A stretch of DNA of 64,000 bases from Rhodospirillaceae bacterium (lineage in GTDB: Bacteria > Pseudomonadota > Alphaproteobacteria > MPNO01 > UBA2964), in contig PBIN01000009.1 in the NCBI GenBank assembly GCA_002720855.1, positions 153,222 to 217,221 on the forward strand. The letters run 5' to 3'. Numbering within the stretch: position 1 is the stretch's first letter; each line of letters starts with the position of its first letter. A model generated the notes under the pieces. The model was not told the origin of the DNA, did not search any database, and saw only the letters and a list, made by a program, of their open reading frames with translations. Positions 26,730-35,542 of the stretch are shown piece after piece. A program made the translations under genes and the position numbers.

Positions 26730-28430
26730 TCAATGCGTATCGAAGACTTTCTGATAGTCAGCGACCTTGGCATCGATAGCCTTAGCCTCTTCCTCAGTTG
26801 GGTTGTCGGGATCCCTCGCCGGCGGGATTGCACCAAACCGCATCAGGCATGCGATGAGTAATAGCCGCGCCTTTGTCGATGTCAGGTTGCTGCCGCCAAT
26901 AAAGCCACCGCCTCCAGATGAGAATCCTTCGTTATTTCCGCGTCCGACACGAACGACCGGCATTCCGCAGCGAATGGCACGGGCGAGCAGGCCCTCGCGG
27001 GGTTTATTGGTCATTGAGCCATAAGGTGACTGGCCCTCTATGACAAAGCCTGCCAGCGGATTATTCGCCAAATTATCCTCAATTTGCGCCAGCGTATCAA
27101 TTTCGCGCTCCGGTCCGCTGTCAAACGACTCTGCGGTGTAGTTCCCATCTTTTACGATAGAGACGTGCGGTACAGCGCTTTCCACCAGGTTCCCATCGCC
27201 ATCCTTCACGCGCACTTCGGTAGTAATGATCTGCGTCCCTTCCTGTGTAATACCATCCACGGTCTCCGGAATTTGGGTTCGGTTTACCGCTGATTGCCAG
27301 GTGTGTTTGGCTCCGGGCAAATAGGTGAGGATCGGCGGCAAATCGTGGCCACGGACCGCGCCAAGCAATCCGCCATGGCCGCCGGTTGCAACATAGCCAC
27401 CAGGACGCGCGTCTCCTTTCTGTACCTCTCGGGAGGCAAATACTTGCTGCTCCTGTATGACGACCGTACCAGCCTTGTTTCGGCCGTCGGCGTCCTCCCA
27501 AACCCGGGAGGTAATATACTCAACGGAATCTACGAGATTTTTAGGCCCATCATTGCTGATTTCACCATGAGGTCGCTGTGCCGCATTGCCGCAAACTGGC
27601 AAGGTGGTATCGAGAATGATGTTGAGCCAATAAAGAGTCTCTTCTACGCGCGGACTCCCTTGAGTCCAAATTGCTCCGAGATACTCGCCGGTATCCAGAA
27701 TCTTCTGCGCCTCATTGGCAATTCGCGCCAATGCGGGGCGAGGTGGTGAGACCGAAAGATGTCGTGGCCGGTAAACGAAATAGTCTTGACCTAGAGTTTC
27801 GGGCGCAATATCGCCGGACCCAACATCTGTTCGTTGATCGGCAGGCAGTCCCTTCGTGTAGCCGCTCGACGGTAGTATCCTGAAAAACTCCATGTCGGCG
27901 CGTGCGGATACAAGGTTACCCGTACCATTCTCTGCGATGCTGAGCCGGTCAATTTCCTCGAACATGCGTGAGCCGTCAGGGTAATAAGGCTGCCGACTTT
28001 TCTCCGCCGGCGCATTCGTGAAAGCGCAGTCATCCTCCCAGGCGCTACCATCTGCCTGTCGTGCCATATAGGGCAGGGGATAAAGCCCGTCCTCTGGCAC
28101 AAGTTCAACTTTGTACACAGGTGTATCATCGTCGTTTTGCTGCACTTCGTTAAATTCACCGTGAGTATCCAAATAGCCGTCGGGCGGGCCATATAGCTCC
28201 GCAGCATCAGCTTCCAGGGGGTGTGCACTAAATTGTTCAACATAAACGATCGCAGGGGCTGCCAACCGTTGCGGTCGCAAAACATCGAACCTCTGCGCGC
28301 TGCCGTCAAAATTAGTTCGCAGGGGTAGATCGTATTTCTGCCGCGCTTTGTTGCTCGTGACCAGCGGCGGACTATTGCTGATCGTTGCGTTTGACCCAGA
28401 TAAATGTGCAATTTTTGGTTTGTTGGCCAT
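26730..28430 (-). CDS. Asparaginase/glutaminase-superfamily protein with a ~200-aa insertion.
   Basis: Blocks IWTQGSPRVEETLYWLN, LPVCGNAAQRPHGEISNDGPKNL, VVRVGRGNNEG and KARLLLIACL track the AnsB motifs (HGTDTMEETAYFL, MRPSTSMSADGPFNL, GVGNGN). Residues 30-240 have no counterpart. Confidence 0.55.
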   Translation of the reverse strand: MANKPKIAHLSGSNATISNSPPLVTSNKARQKYDLPLRTNFDGSAQRFDVLRPQRLAAPAIVYVEQFSAHPLEADAAELYGPPDGYLDTHGEFNEVQQNDDDTPVYKVELVPEDGLYPLPYMARQADGSAWEDDCAFTNAPAEKSRQPYYPDGSRMFEEIDRLSIAENGTGNLVSARADMEFFRILPSSGYTKGLPADQRTDVGSGDIAPETLGQDYFVYRPRHLSVSPPRPALARIANEAQKILDTGEYLGAIWTQGSPRVEETLYWLNIILDTTLPVCGNAAQRPHGEISNDGPKNLVDSVEYITSRVWEDADGRNKAGTVVIQEQQVFASREVQKGDARPGGYVATGGHGGLLGAVRGHDLPPILTYLPGAKHTWQSAVNRTQIPETVDGITQEGTQIITTEVRVKDGDGNLVESAVPHVSIVKDGNYTAESFDSGPEREIDTLAQIEDNLANNPLAGFVIEGQSPYGSMTNKPREGLLARAIRCGMPVVRVGRGNNEGFSSGGGGFIGGSNLTSTKARLLLIACLMRFGAIPPARDPDNPTEEEAKAIDAKVADYQKVFDTH

Positions 28431-28530
28431 CGTGTCTCTCCCTGATCACTGCAAAAAGCGTAGCACGCCAATTTTGTGCCGTCTTGGGTTGGAGATTTTC
28501 GTTTTGCGATGGTTGCGTTAGAAAGAATGT

Positions 28531-29064
28531 ATGAGTGAAGACGTTTGGGTTTTTGGATATGGATCTCTCGTCTGGCGCCCCGATTTTAAATTCGCGGAGC
28601 GGCGACCGGCTACAATTGAGGGCTGGGTGAGGCGATTTTGGCAAGGGTCAACCGATCATCGGGGTGTCCCCGGAGCGCCTGGCCGTGTAGTCACGCTTGA
28701 AGCTGATGAAAAAGGGATCTGTTGGGGGATGGCCTATAGAATCGCGGCGGCGGATGTTGAACCAATTATGGTCGAACTCGATTACCGTGAAAAAGGCGGT
28801 TACAGCGTTAAAAACGTGGAGATGATCTTCCCAACTGACGATCACCCAAATGTGACGGGGCTTGCCTACATTGGTACTCCGGACAACCCCAACTACCTTG
28901 GTCCCGAAACTGAGGAAAGAATCGCTGCTCAAGTCGTCGCATCTACTGGCCCTAGCGGTCCGAATGACGAATACGTGCTGCGATTGGCAGAAGCACTGCG
29001 TGAACTTGGAGCAGATGACCCGCATGTCTTTGAGCTAGAAAGACAAGTTCGAAAGCTGATTTGA
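28531..29064 (+). CDS. ChaC-like gamma-glutamylcyclotransferase.
   Basis: VWVFGYGSLVW N-terminal motif and YREKGGY. Confidence 0.7.
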   Translation: MSEDVWVFGYGSLVWRPDFKFAERRPATIEGWVRRFWQGSTDHRGVPGAPGRVVTLEADEKGICWGMAYRIAAADVEPIMVELDYREKGGYSVKNVEMIFPTDDHPNVTGLAYIGTPDNPNYLGPETEERIAAQVVASTGPSGPNDEYVLRLAEALRELGADDPHVFELERQVRKLI

Positions 29065-29212
29065 TATTGTTCAAGAAACCTTTTTCGAGATTGTCCCATA
29101 AATCGGAATTAAATTTCGAACTTTGATCATTGATTAAAATTGTATCCCGCCTAAAATGTCGTTTACCAAAATTTAGAATTACATAACTAATGTAGTTCTG
29201 CAGGAGTTTTCG

Positions 29213-29788
29213 ATGCTTGATCTGGTCGATCTTGAAGATCATAGGAAGGCAGCGGCGGTGGGCCCGGATGCCGTAATTCCTGCTTTTTGTAAAACGGTAG
29301 GCAGGCTTCTGGCAGATCATCCATTGACTGAAGTACCAGAGCGTATTGCCGGTTACATGCCGACGCTCCTTTCGGTTCCTGATCTTCTGAAACCGGAACA
29401 AAAAACCCTTAGCGGCGAAAACTACGAAAAACATGAAGTTTTTCTTTGTCCCCATGATGAGTTTTCCGTCCTTGCCGTTGTCTGGCCCGCTGGAATTCAC
29501 TCGCCTATCCACGATCATTTGACGTGGTGTACCTTTGGTATTTTTGAGGGGGAAATTCAGGAGACGGTCTATGAAGCAGCCGATGTATCAGCGGATTGCT
29601 GTGATGCAATAGCGATCAACCGTACACACCATGTTGAAGGATCGGTCGCCCACTTGCCGGTCAATGCATCAAATATTCACTGCATGCACAATCCCGGAAA
29701 GACTCCGGCTGTTTCTATTCACGTTTATGGTGGCAATTCCTCGAAACTCGGGGCAAATGTCGAAAAAATCTATACTGCCCGGTCTTGA
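29213..29788 (+). CDS. Cupin thiol dioxygenase (cysteine dioxygenase type I / 3-mercaptopropionate dioxygenase family).
   Basis: 191 aa. It has H-x-H (HSPIHDH) and a downstream His (HCMHNPG), giving a 3-His cupin. Confidence 0.6.
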   Translation: MLDLVDLEDHRKAAAVGPDAVIPAFCKTVGRLLADHPLTEVPERIAGYMPTLLSVPDLLKPEQKTLSGENYEKHEVFLCPHDEFSVLAVVWPAGIHSPIHDHLTWCTFGIFEGEIQETVYEAADVSADCCDAIAINRTHHVEGSVAHLPVNASNIHCMHNPGKTPAVSIHVYGGNSSKLGANVEKIYTARS

Positions 29789-29869
29789 CGTAGCCTGTAC
29801 GATCAGGCACATCGCCTTCAGGACATAAGGGTCGTTACCACCCCTAAAGAAGTTCAACAGGAGAGATAA

Positions 29870-30883
29870 ATGCGCGCTGTATGCCTTCACGAACAAGGCG
29901 GAATTGAAAACCTTGTTTTGGAAGAAAATTATGACGATCCGAAAGCCGGAGAAGGACAAGTTGTCATCCGGGTAAAAGCAACGTCGCTCAATTACCACGA
30001 TGTGTTCACCTGCCGCGGCATGCCGGGGATCAAGATTCCAATGCCGATGATCATCGGCCTCGATGTTGCGGGAGAAATTACTGAAGTCGGCAGCGGTGTG
30101 GAAAATTGGAGCGCCGGTGATCGGGTGCTCGTTAATCCCCTTGATCCCACAGACCCAACAAAGGGCCTAATGGGGGAAATGCTGCCCGGTGGTACGGCTG
30201 AGTACTGTCTTGTTGACGCGACGCGGCTCATCACCATCCCCGAGGGATGTTCCTACGAGCAGGCGGCAGCACTTCCCGTCGCCTACGGCACCGCACATCG
30301 CATGATGATCGCCAATGGCGGACTTCAGGGCGGTGAACGCGTGCTTATTTTGGGGGCGAGCGGTGGTGTCGGTTCATGCTGTGTGCTGCTGGCAAAGGCT
30401 ATGGGCTGTGAGGTTGTCGCCTGTGGCAGTACCGAGGACAAGCTTAAGGCACTGACAGAGTGGGGCGCCGATCACGTTATCAATTACAAGGAAGAGGATT
30501 TCGTCAAAGCGATCTGGTCGAAGTTTGAAAAGCCTCACCGCCGCAAATTCGAGGGTGGTGTCGATGTTGTGATCAACTTTACCGGCGGTGATACCTGGGT
30601 GCCGTCGTTTAAGGTTACGCGCCGCGGCGGAAAAATTCTTACCTGTGGTGCGACAGCCGGTTTCGATCCAAAGACTGATTTGCGGTACGTCTGGACATTT
30701 GAACTCAAAATTCTCGGTTCAAACAGCTGGCTGCCCGAAGATCTCGAAACCCTGATGAAGATGATTGCCGAAGACAAGCTTAAACCCATCATCGACACCG
30801 TATTGCCTTTGGAAGATACAGCGAAGGGTGTAAAGCTGCTCGAGGATCGTGAAGTCATCGGAAAAATTATAATTACGCCTTGA
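29870..30883 (+). CDS. Quinone oxidoreductase-like medium-chain dehydrogenase/reductase.
   Basis: GASGGVGS NAD(P) motif. Confidence 0.75.
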   Translation: MRAVCLHEQGGIENLVLEENYDDPKAGEGQVVIRVKATSLNYHDVFTCRGMPGIKIPMPMIIGLDVAGEITEVGSGVENWSAGDRVLVNPLDPTDPTKGLMGEMLPGGTAEYCLVDATRLITIPEGCSYEQAAALPVAYGTAHRMMIANGGLQGGERVLILGASGGVGSCCVLLAKAMGCEVVACGSTEDKLKALTEWGADHVINYKEEDFVKAIWSKFEKPHRRKFEGGVDVVINFTGGDTWVPSFKVTRRGGKILTCGATAGFDPKTDLRYVWTFELKILGSNSWLPEDLETLMKMIAEDKLKPIIDTVLPLEDTAKGVKLLEDREVIGKIIITP

Positions 30884-30895
30884 AGACCATCTAAA

Positions 30896-32407
30896 ATGCG
30901 TCCCGACACTGGAAATTTGGGAGACGTTTTTGCGGCCTATAGCGACAGCGAGTCGACGGCCGTAATCGATCTTCGTTTTCCGGATGCGCCAAAGGAAATA
31001 TCGCATCGCGCTCTGAATGATGCAGTTGATGGTTTGGCGCGTGGGCTGGTTCGTGCGGGGTTTAATCCCGGTGACAGGGTCGGGATTCTATCTCTAAATC
31101 GCGTCGAGTTTTTAGAGGTTCTGTTTGGCGCGATGCGTGCCGGCTGCGTTCCGGTAATGATCAATGCAAAATTACCGGCCGATCAGGTGCGCTACATTGT
31201 CAAAGATGCTGGCGCAAATATCGTATTTTGCGAGGAGGACCTTTCTCCCCTTTGCGATCCCGGCACCCGAACGATTAACTTTGACGATGATGAGTACCGT
31301 GATTTTGTCGATGCGGGGGTCTTTGAATCTTTTGTCCCTGGTCCTACGGATATCGCGGAGCAGCCTTATACGTCGGGATCGACCGGAAGACCCAAGGGCG
31401 TTTTGTTGCATCATGTGGGTCAGCGCTGGATGATCGGGCAACTTATTGACAGCCGCTCCATCACCGAAAATGACCGCAGCATCATTTCTGCGCCGCTGTA
31501 TCACAAGAATGCTCTGCTTGCGATTAAATCAGCCTTGGGGGCTGGCGGCAGCGTGGTTCTCATGGCCCGATTTGATGTGAACGATTATATCCGCTGCATT
31601 GGCGATTACGGCCTGACCATGATGACGGGTGTTCCGACAATGTATGCCCTTTTGCTTCAACAGGAAGAGCTGCTGGAGCAGACCGAATTAAGCTCTGTCA
31701 GAACGCTCAGTATGGGCTCCGCACCTGCCTCGGAGGTTCTTCTCGATAATTTGCAGGAGGTCTTCCCCAAGGCCACGATTAATTTGAACTATGGAATAAC
31801 CGAAGGCGGACCGGTTCTCTTGTCCTGGCAGCACGCGGACGGGCTGCCGAAACCGAGATCAAGTGTTGGATATCCGCTGCCCGATTGTGAGATTAAATTG
31901 GTGGATGGGCCGGACGAGAATGAAGGGGTTCTGCACACACGTAATCCCGGGGTGATGATCGGATACCACAATCTGCCCGACGAAACCGCGCGGGTGCTGG
32001 AAGATGGCTGGCTGGATACCGGCGATATTTTGCGGCGGGACGATGACGGATGGTTTTATTTTGTCGGACGTGCCGACGATATGTTCGTCACTGGCGGTGA
32101 AAACATCTACCCGGGTGACGTTGAAACCATGCTCGAACGCCATGATGATGTAATGCAAGCCGTTGTTGTCCCAGCACCGAATGCGCTCAAGGCGCACGTA
32201 CCTCATGCTTTTGTCGTGCCCCGCGCAGGGAGTGACTTGACGGAAGATGAAGTAAAACAGCATGCACTTGCCAACGCACCCGCCTATGCTCATCCGCGAC
32301 GGGTTTATTTGGTTGAGGAACTGCCACTTGCTGGTACCAACAAAATTGATCTCAAGGTTCTTAAACAGCGAGCCGCTGAAGCTGCGGAGGCGGATGGCAC
32401 TGCCTAG
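30896..32407 (+). CDS. AMP-dependent acyl-CoA synthetase.
   Basis: YTSGSTGRPKG and the AMP-binding core. Confidence 0.8.
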   Translation: MRPDTGNLGDVFAAYSDSESTAVIDLRFPDAPKEISHRALNDAVDGLARGLVRAGFNPGDRVGILSLNRVEFLEVLFGAMRAGCVPVMINAKLPADQVRYIVKDAGANIVFCEEDLSPLCDPGTRTINFDDDEYRDFVDAGVFESFVPGPTDIAEQPYTSGSTGRPKGVLLHHVGQRWMIGQLIDSRSITENDRSIISAPLYHKNALLAIKSALGAGGSVVLMARFDVNDYIRCIGDYGLTMMTGVPTMYALLLQQEELLEQTELSSVRTLSMGSAPASEVLLDNLQEVFPKATINLNYGITEGGPVLLSWQHADGLPKPRSSVGYPLPDCEIKLVDGPDENEGVLHTRNPGVMIGYHNLPDETARVLEDGWLDTGDILRRDDDGWFYFVGRADDMFVTGGENIYPGDVETMLERHDDVMQAVVVPAPNALKAHVPHAFVVPRAGSDLTEDEVKQHALANAPAYAHPRRVYLVEELPLAGTNKIDLKVLKQRAAEAAEADGTA

Positions 32408-32897
32408 GCTATTTTCAATCGCCTTTTTCGTTCTTGGTGTGGCCTGTACGCCCGCCGCTATCGAACCGGTTTCCGCCGATGATCATGTCTCTGTTGGTCC
32501 GGTTCTTGCCACAATCAACAAATTTCGGTCCGCAAATGGGTTATCAACCCTCACCATCGATAAAAGATTGATGCAGGCAGCGGATCGTCATGCGAGATCT
32601 ATGGCAAAAGATGACTTTTTCAGCCATGTCGGTGCAAACGGGTCCCGCATAGGCCAACGCGTTTCGGATGCGGGATATCCCTGGCGACTTGTTGCAGAGA
32701 ACATTGCGGCCGGAATGGCGGATGGGATTGAAGCCGTTGGGGTTTGGATCGATAGCCCCGGTCATCGCAAGAATATGCTTACGGATGGCCATAAGCATGC
32801 AGGCATCGGTTATGCAAGAATTAGCCCTGATCCAGGTAAGGTCGTTTACAAGCAATACTGGGTTCTGGTGCTTGGAGCGCCACTAAAAAATTGGTGA
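32394..32897 (+). CDS. Secreted CAP/SCP (PR-1-like) domain protein.
   Basis: Signal peptide MALPRLFSIAFFVLGVA. CAP motifs HVGANG and the C-terminal YWVLVLG. The start is taken at the Met 44 codons into the track ORF. Confidence 0.65.
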   Translation: MALPRLFSIAFFVLGVACTPAAIEPVSADDHVSVGPVLATINKFRSANGLSTLTIDKRLMQAADRHARSMAKDDFFSHVGANGSRIGQRVSDAGYPWRLVAENIAAGMADGIEAVGVWIDSPGHRKNMLTDGHKHAGIGYARISPDPGKVVYKQYWVLVLGAPLKNW

Positions 32898-32965
32898 CCT
32901 TGTCTTTTCCAATTTATCGAATGCCCCTAAATTGGCGCTATAAATTTTGAAGGAGACCCCGCGCA

Positions 32966-34135
32966 ATGAGACGGAGCACTGATAGAATTTTGGTTACACA
33001 TGTTGGTAGCTTGCCACGTCCCCAGGAGTTGATTGACGTCATGATCGCCGAAGATTCAGGCGATCCCGTGCCCCCTGCGGAACATGCTCAGAAACTTAGT
33101 GATGCCGTAAACAACATTGTCGCAAAACAACTTGAACTCGGAATCGATGTCGTCGATGACGGTGAGTTTTCGAAACGCGGTTTTGCCGTCTATGCGCATG
33201 AACGTCTCGGTGGGCTAACCCCTACCGGTGGCAAACGACCTTCGCCTTGGGCGCATTCACGCGAGTCTCAGGAGTTTCCTGAATTTTATGAACCTATCAC
33301 GCAAGATGCCACGGGTGAGCCGACGCCGAGCAATGCGCAAATGGCGTGCACTGAACCCCTGACCTACAAAGGGAATGAACTTCTCGAACGCGATCTTGCC
33401 AACCTGACCAAAGCGGTTGAGGCCAATAAGGCTGAAGAAGCATTCGTCCCTGCGATTTCCCCCTGCGATATTGCCGGTAATGTCCTGAACGATCACTACG
33501 AGGACGATGAGGCATTTCTATTCGCCATCGCCGATGCGATGAATGTCGAGTACAAGGCGATCGTTGATGCAGGATTTTTGTTGCAGATCGATGACCCGCG
33601 CCTGATCAATTACTACGTCAAAAACCCTGACAAATCGGTCGAAGAATGTAGGGCTTGGGCTGAGCAACAGGTCGAAGGCATCAACCATGCCTTAAAGGGC
33701 ATTCCTTCAGATCGCGTGCGATATCATACCTGTTACGGCATCAATATGGGCCCGCGGGTTCATGATATGGAAATGAAGGATTTCATCGATATTATCCTGA
33801 AAATCAATGCGGATGCTGTTTCATTTGAGGCGGCTAACCCGCGTCATGAACATGAATGGAAACTGTGGGACGATATCAACCTTGCGGAAGGCAAAACGAT
33901 TATTCCCGGTGTGATTACGCATTCCTCCTTGCTTGTCGAACATCCGGAACTCGTTGCTGAAAGGCTTATGCGGTATGCATCAGTTGTCGGCAAGGAGAAC
34001 GTGATGGCTGGTGGCGACTGTGGCTTCGGCACACAGGCTTTGGCCGAGCCCGAAGTTCATCCGACGATTGTCTGGGCGAAATTTGCGGCGATGGCGGAAG
34101 GCGCCCAAATCGCGAGCATGGAACTCTGGGGATAG
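32966..34135 (+). CDS. Cobalamin-independent methionine synthase (MetE) C-terminal-domain-like protein, short form.
   Basis: ILVTHVGSLPRP N-terminal hallmark of MetE catalytic-domain homologues. Confidence 0.6.
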   Translation: MRRSTDRILVTHVGSLPRPQELIDVMIAEDSGDPVPPAEHAQKLSDAVNNIVAKQLELGIDVVDDGEFSKRGFAVYAHERLGGLTPTGGKRPSPWAHSRESQEFPEFYEPITQDATGEPTPSNAQMACTEPLTYKGNELLERDLANLTKAVEANKAEEAFVPAISPCDIAGNVLNDHYEDDEAFLFAIADAMNVEYKAIVDAGFLLQIDDPRLINYYVKNPDKSVEECRAWAEQQVEGINHALKGIPSDRVRYHTCYGINMGPRVHDMEMKDFIDIILKINADAVSFEAANPRHEHEWKLWDDINLAEGKTIIPGVITHSSLLVEHPELVAERLMRYASVVGKENVMAGGDCGFGTQALAEPEVHPTIVWAKFAAMAEGAQIASMELWG

Positions 34136-34140
34136 AGGTT

Positions 34141-34989
34141 CTAATTCTTCAGCGCTTCTATGTAATTAGGTAGCGCAAAACTCGCCACATGGGTTGCCGC
34201 TGAATAATATCTTAGGTTCAGATCGAGTGTCGTCAGTCGTTTCTCTATGTCTTCCAGAGACGTTTGACGTGGTTCAACGCTATGACATCCCCACCCAAAC
34301 GTCATAAATCCGGCGCTATATGTTGGCACCTGAGTAATATAGAGCGCTGAGTCCTCAAATAATTTTCTCATTCGCTCATAAGTACCGCGCGCTTCGTCGC
34401 TCTGCATATAGGTGACGCCGCTCTGGGTAACCAAGATACCGCGTTCGGTAAGACAATTTGCGCAATCGCTGTAGAAATCGTCCGTGAACAAGACTTCGCC
34501 GGGACCAATAGGGTCTGTTGAATCGACGATTATAACGTCGAATTTTTCGGCGGTTTCTTTTACGAATTTGATTCCATCCATGAATTGGACATCGGCACGG
34601 TCATTCTCAAAGGCGCCGTCGCTGAGACTTGGCAAATGCTCACGACATATATCCACGACAGTCCGGTCGAGTTCGATCATCGTTGGCTGCACATTGGGGT
34701 GCTTAAGCGCTTCTCGTAGAATGCCGCCGTCGCCACCGCCGATGATAAGAAGTTTTTTGACGTCGCCATGCGCGATCATTGGCACATGCACCATCATCTC
34801 GTGATAACAAAATTCATCGCGCTCTGTGGTTTGAATAACACCATCCAGCGTTAAAACCTTACCGAAGCGCGGGTTTTGGAAAATTAAGACATCCTGGAAA
34901 TTTGTGCGGCCTTCGAACAGAACTTCTTCGATCAGAAGCGATTGCTGAAAATCGGCATACAATGTCTCAGAAAACCAGCGTTCACTCAC
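34141..34989 (-). CDS. speE: Spermidine synthase (polyamine aminopropyltransferase).
   Basis: IIGGGDGG and VDSTDP motifs. Confidence 0.85.
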   Translation of the reverse strand: MSERWFSETLYADFQQSLLIEEVLFEGRTNFQDVLIFQNPRFGKVLTLDGVIQTTERDEFCYHEMMVHVPMIAHGDVKKLLIIGGGDGGILREALKHPNVQPTMIELDRTVVDICREHLPSLSDGAFENDRADVQFMDGIKFVKETAEKFDVIIVDSTDPIGPGEVLFTDDFYSDCANCLTERGILVTQSGVTYMQSDEARGTYERMRKLFEDSALYITQVPTYSAGFMTFGWGCHSVEPRQTSLEDIEKRLTTLDLNLRYYSAATHVASFALPNYIEALKN

Positions 34990-35429
34990 CCGATGAGACC
35001 TCGTTTTACAAGGTCATTTGTCATTCTTTTCGGTTTGAAGTGTTTCTGTAAAACGGGAAGCGCCAATTCAGGAACGCAGGCGCCACACATAAAGATATCG
35101 AATGCAGCGAAACCCCGCTCCGGCCAAGTGTGAACACTTATGTGCGATTCAGCGAGGACTGCGACGCCTGAAATACCGCCACCCGTCGAGAAACGATGTA
35201 GATGAATGTGCAAAAGCGTTGCATCGCAAGCGTCAATGGCTTTCCGAAGGCCCTCTTCGATATAATCAATGTCATCCAGACGGTCAGCGCCCCACAGATC
35301 GACCAAAATGTGAGCACCAGCGAAAACTTCACCATCGCGCTCCTTGAAGTAATCTTTCGATCGCGGCTCCGATAGGGTTGGGTCCACGAGCGTTGTAGAT
35401 TTTTCTGCACTGGGTGGGTTTTGATCCAT
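34986..35429 (-). CDS. speH: S-adenosylmethionine decarboxylase proenzyme (small, pyruvoyl-dependent form).
   Basis: ESHISVHTWPE processing-site motif. The start is at the Met preceded by AGGACAGAGG. It overlaps speE by 4 nt. Confidence 0.7.
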   Translation of the reverse strand: MDQNPPSAEKSTTLVDPTLSEPRSKDYFKERDGEVFAGAHILVDLWGADRLDDIDYIEEGLRKAIDACDATLLHIHLHRFSTGGGISGVAVLAESHISVHTWPERGFAAFDIFMCGACVPELALPVLQKHFKPKRMTNDLVKRGLIG

Positions 35430-35542
35430 CCGCCTCTGTCCTTCAATCGAGCTAACCGCGCATTTATTTATCGATTCCAACGTCGAAAACAAGGGCCAAA
35501 ACACTCGAAATATACAACGAAAGCGCTCGTTGCCGGAGGGTG

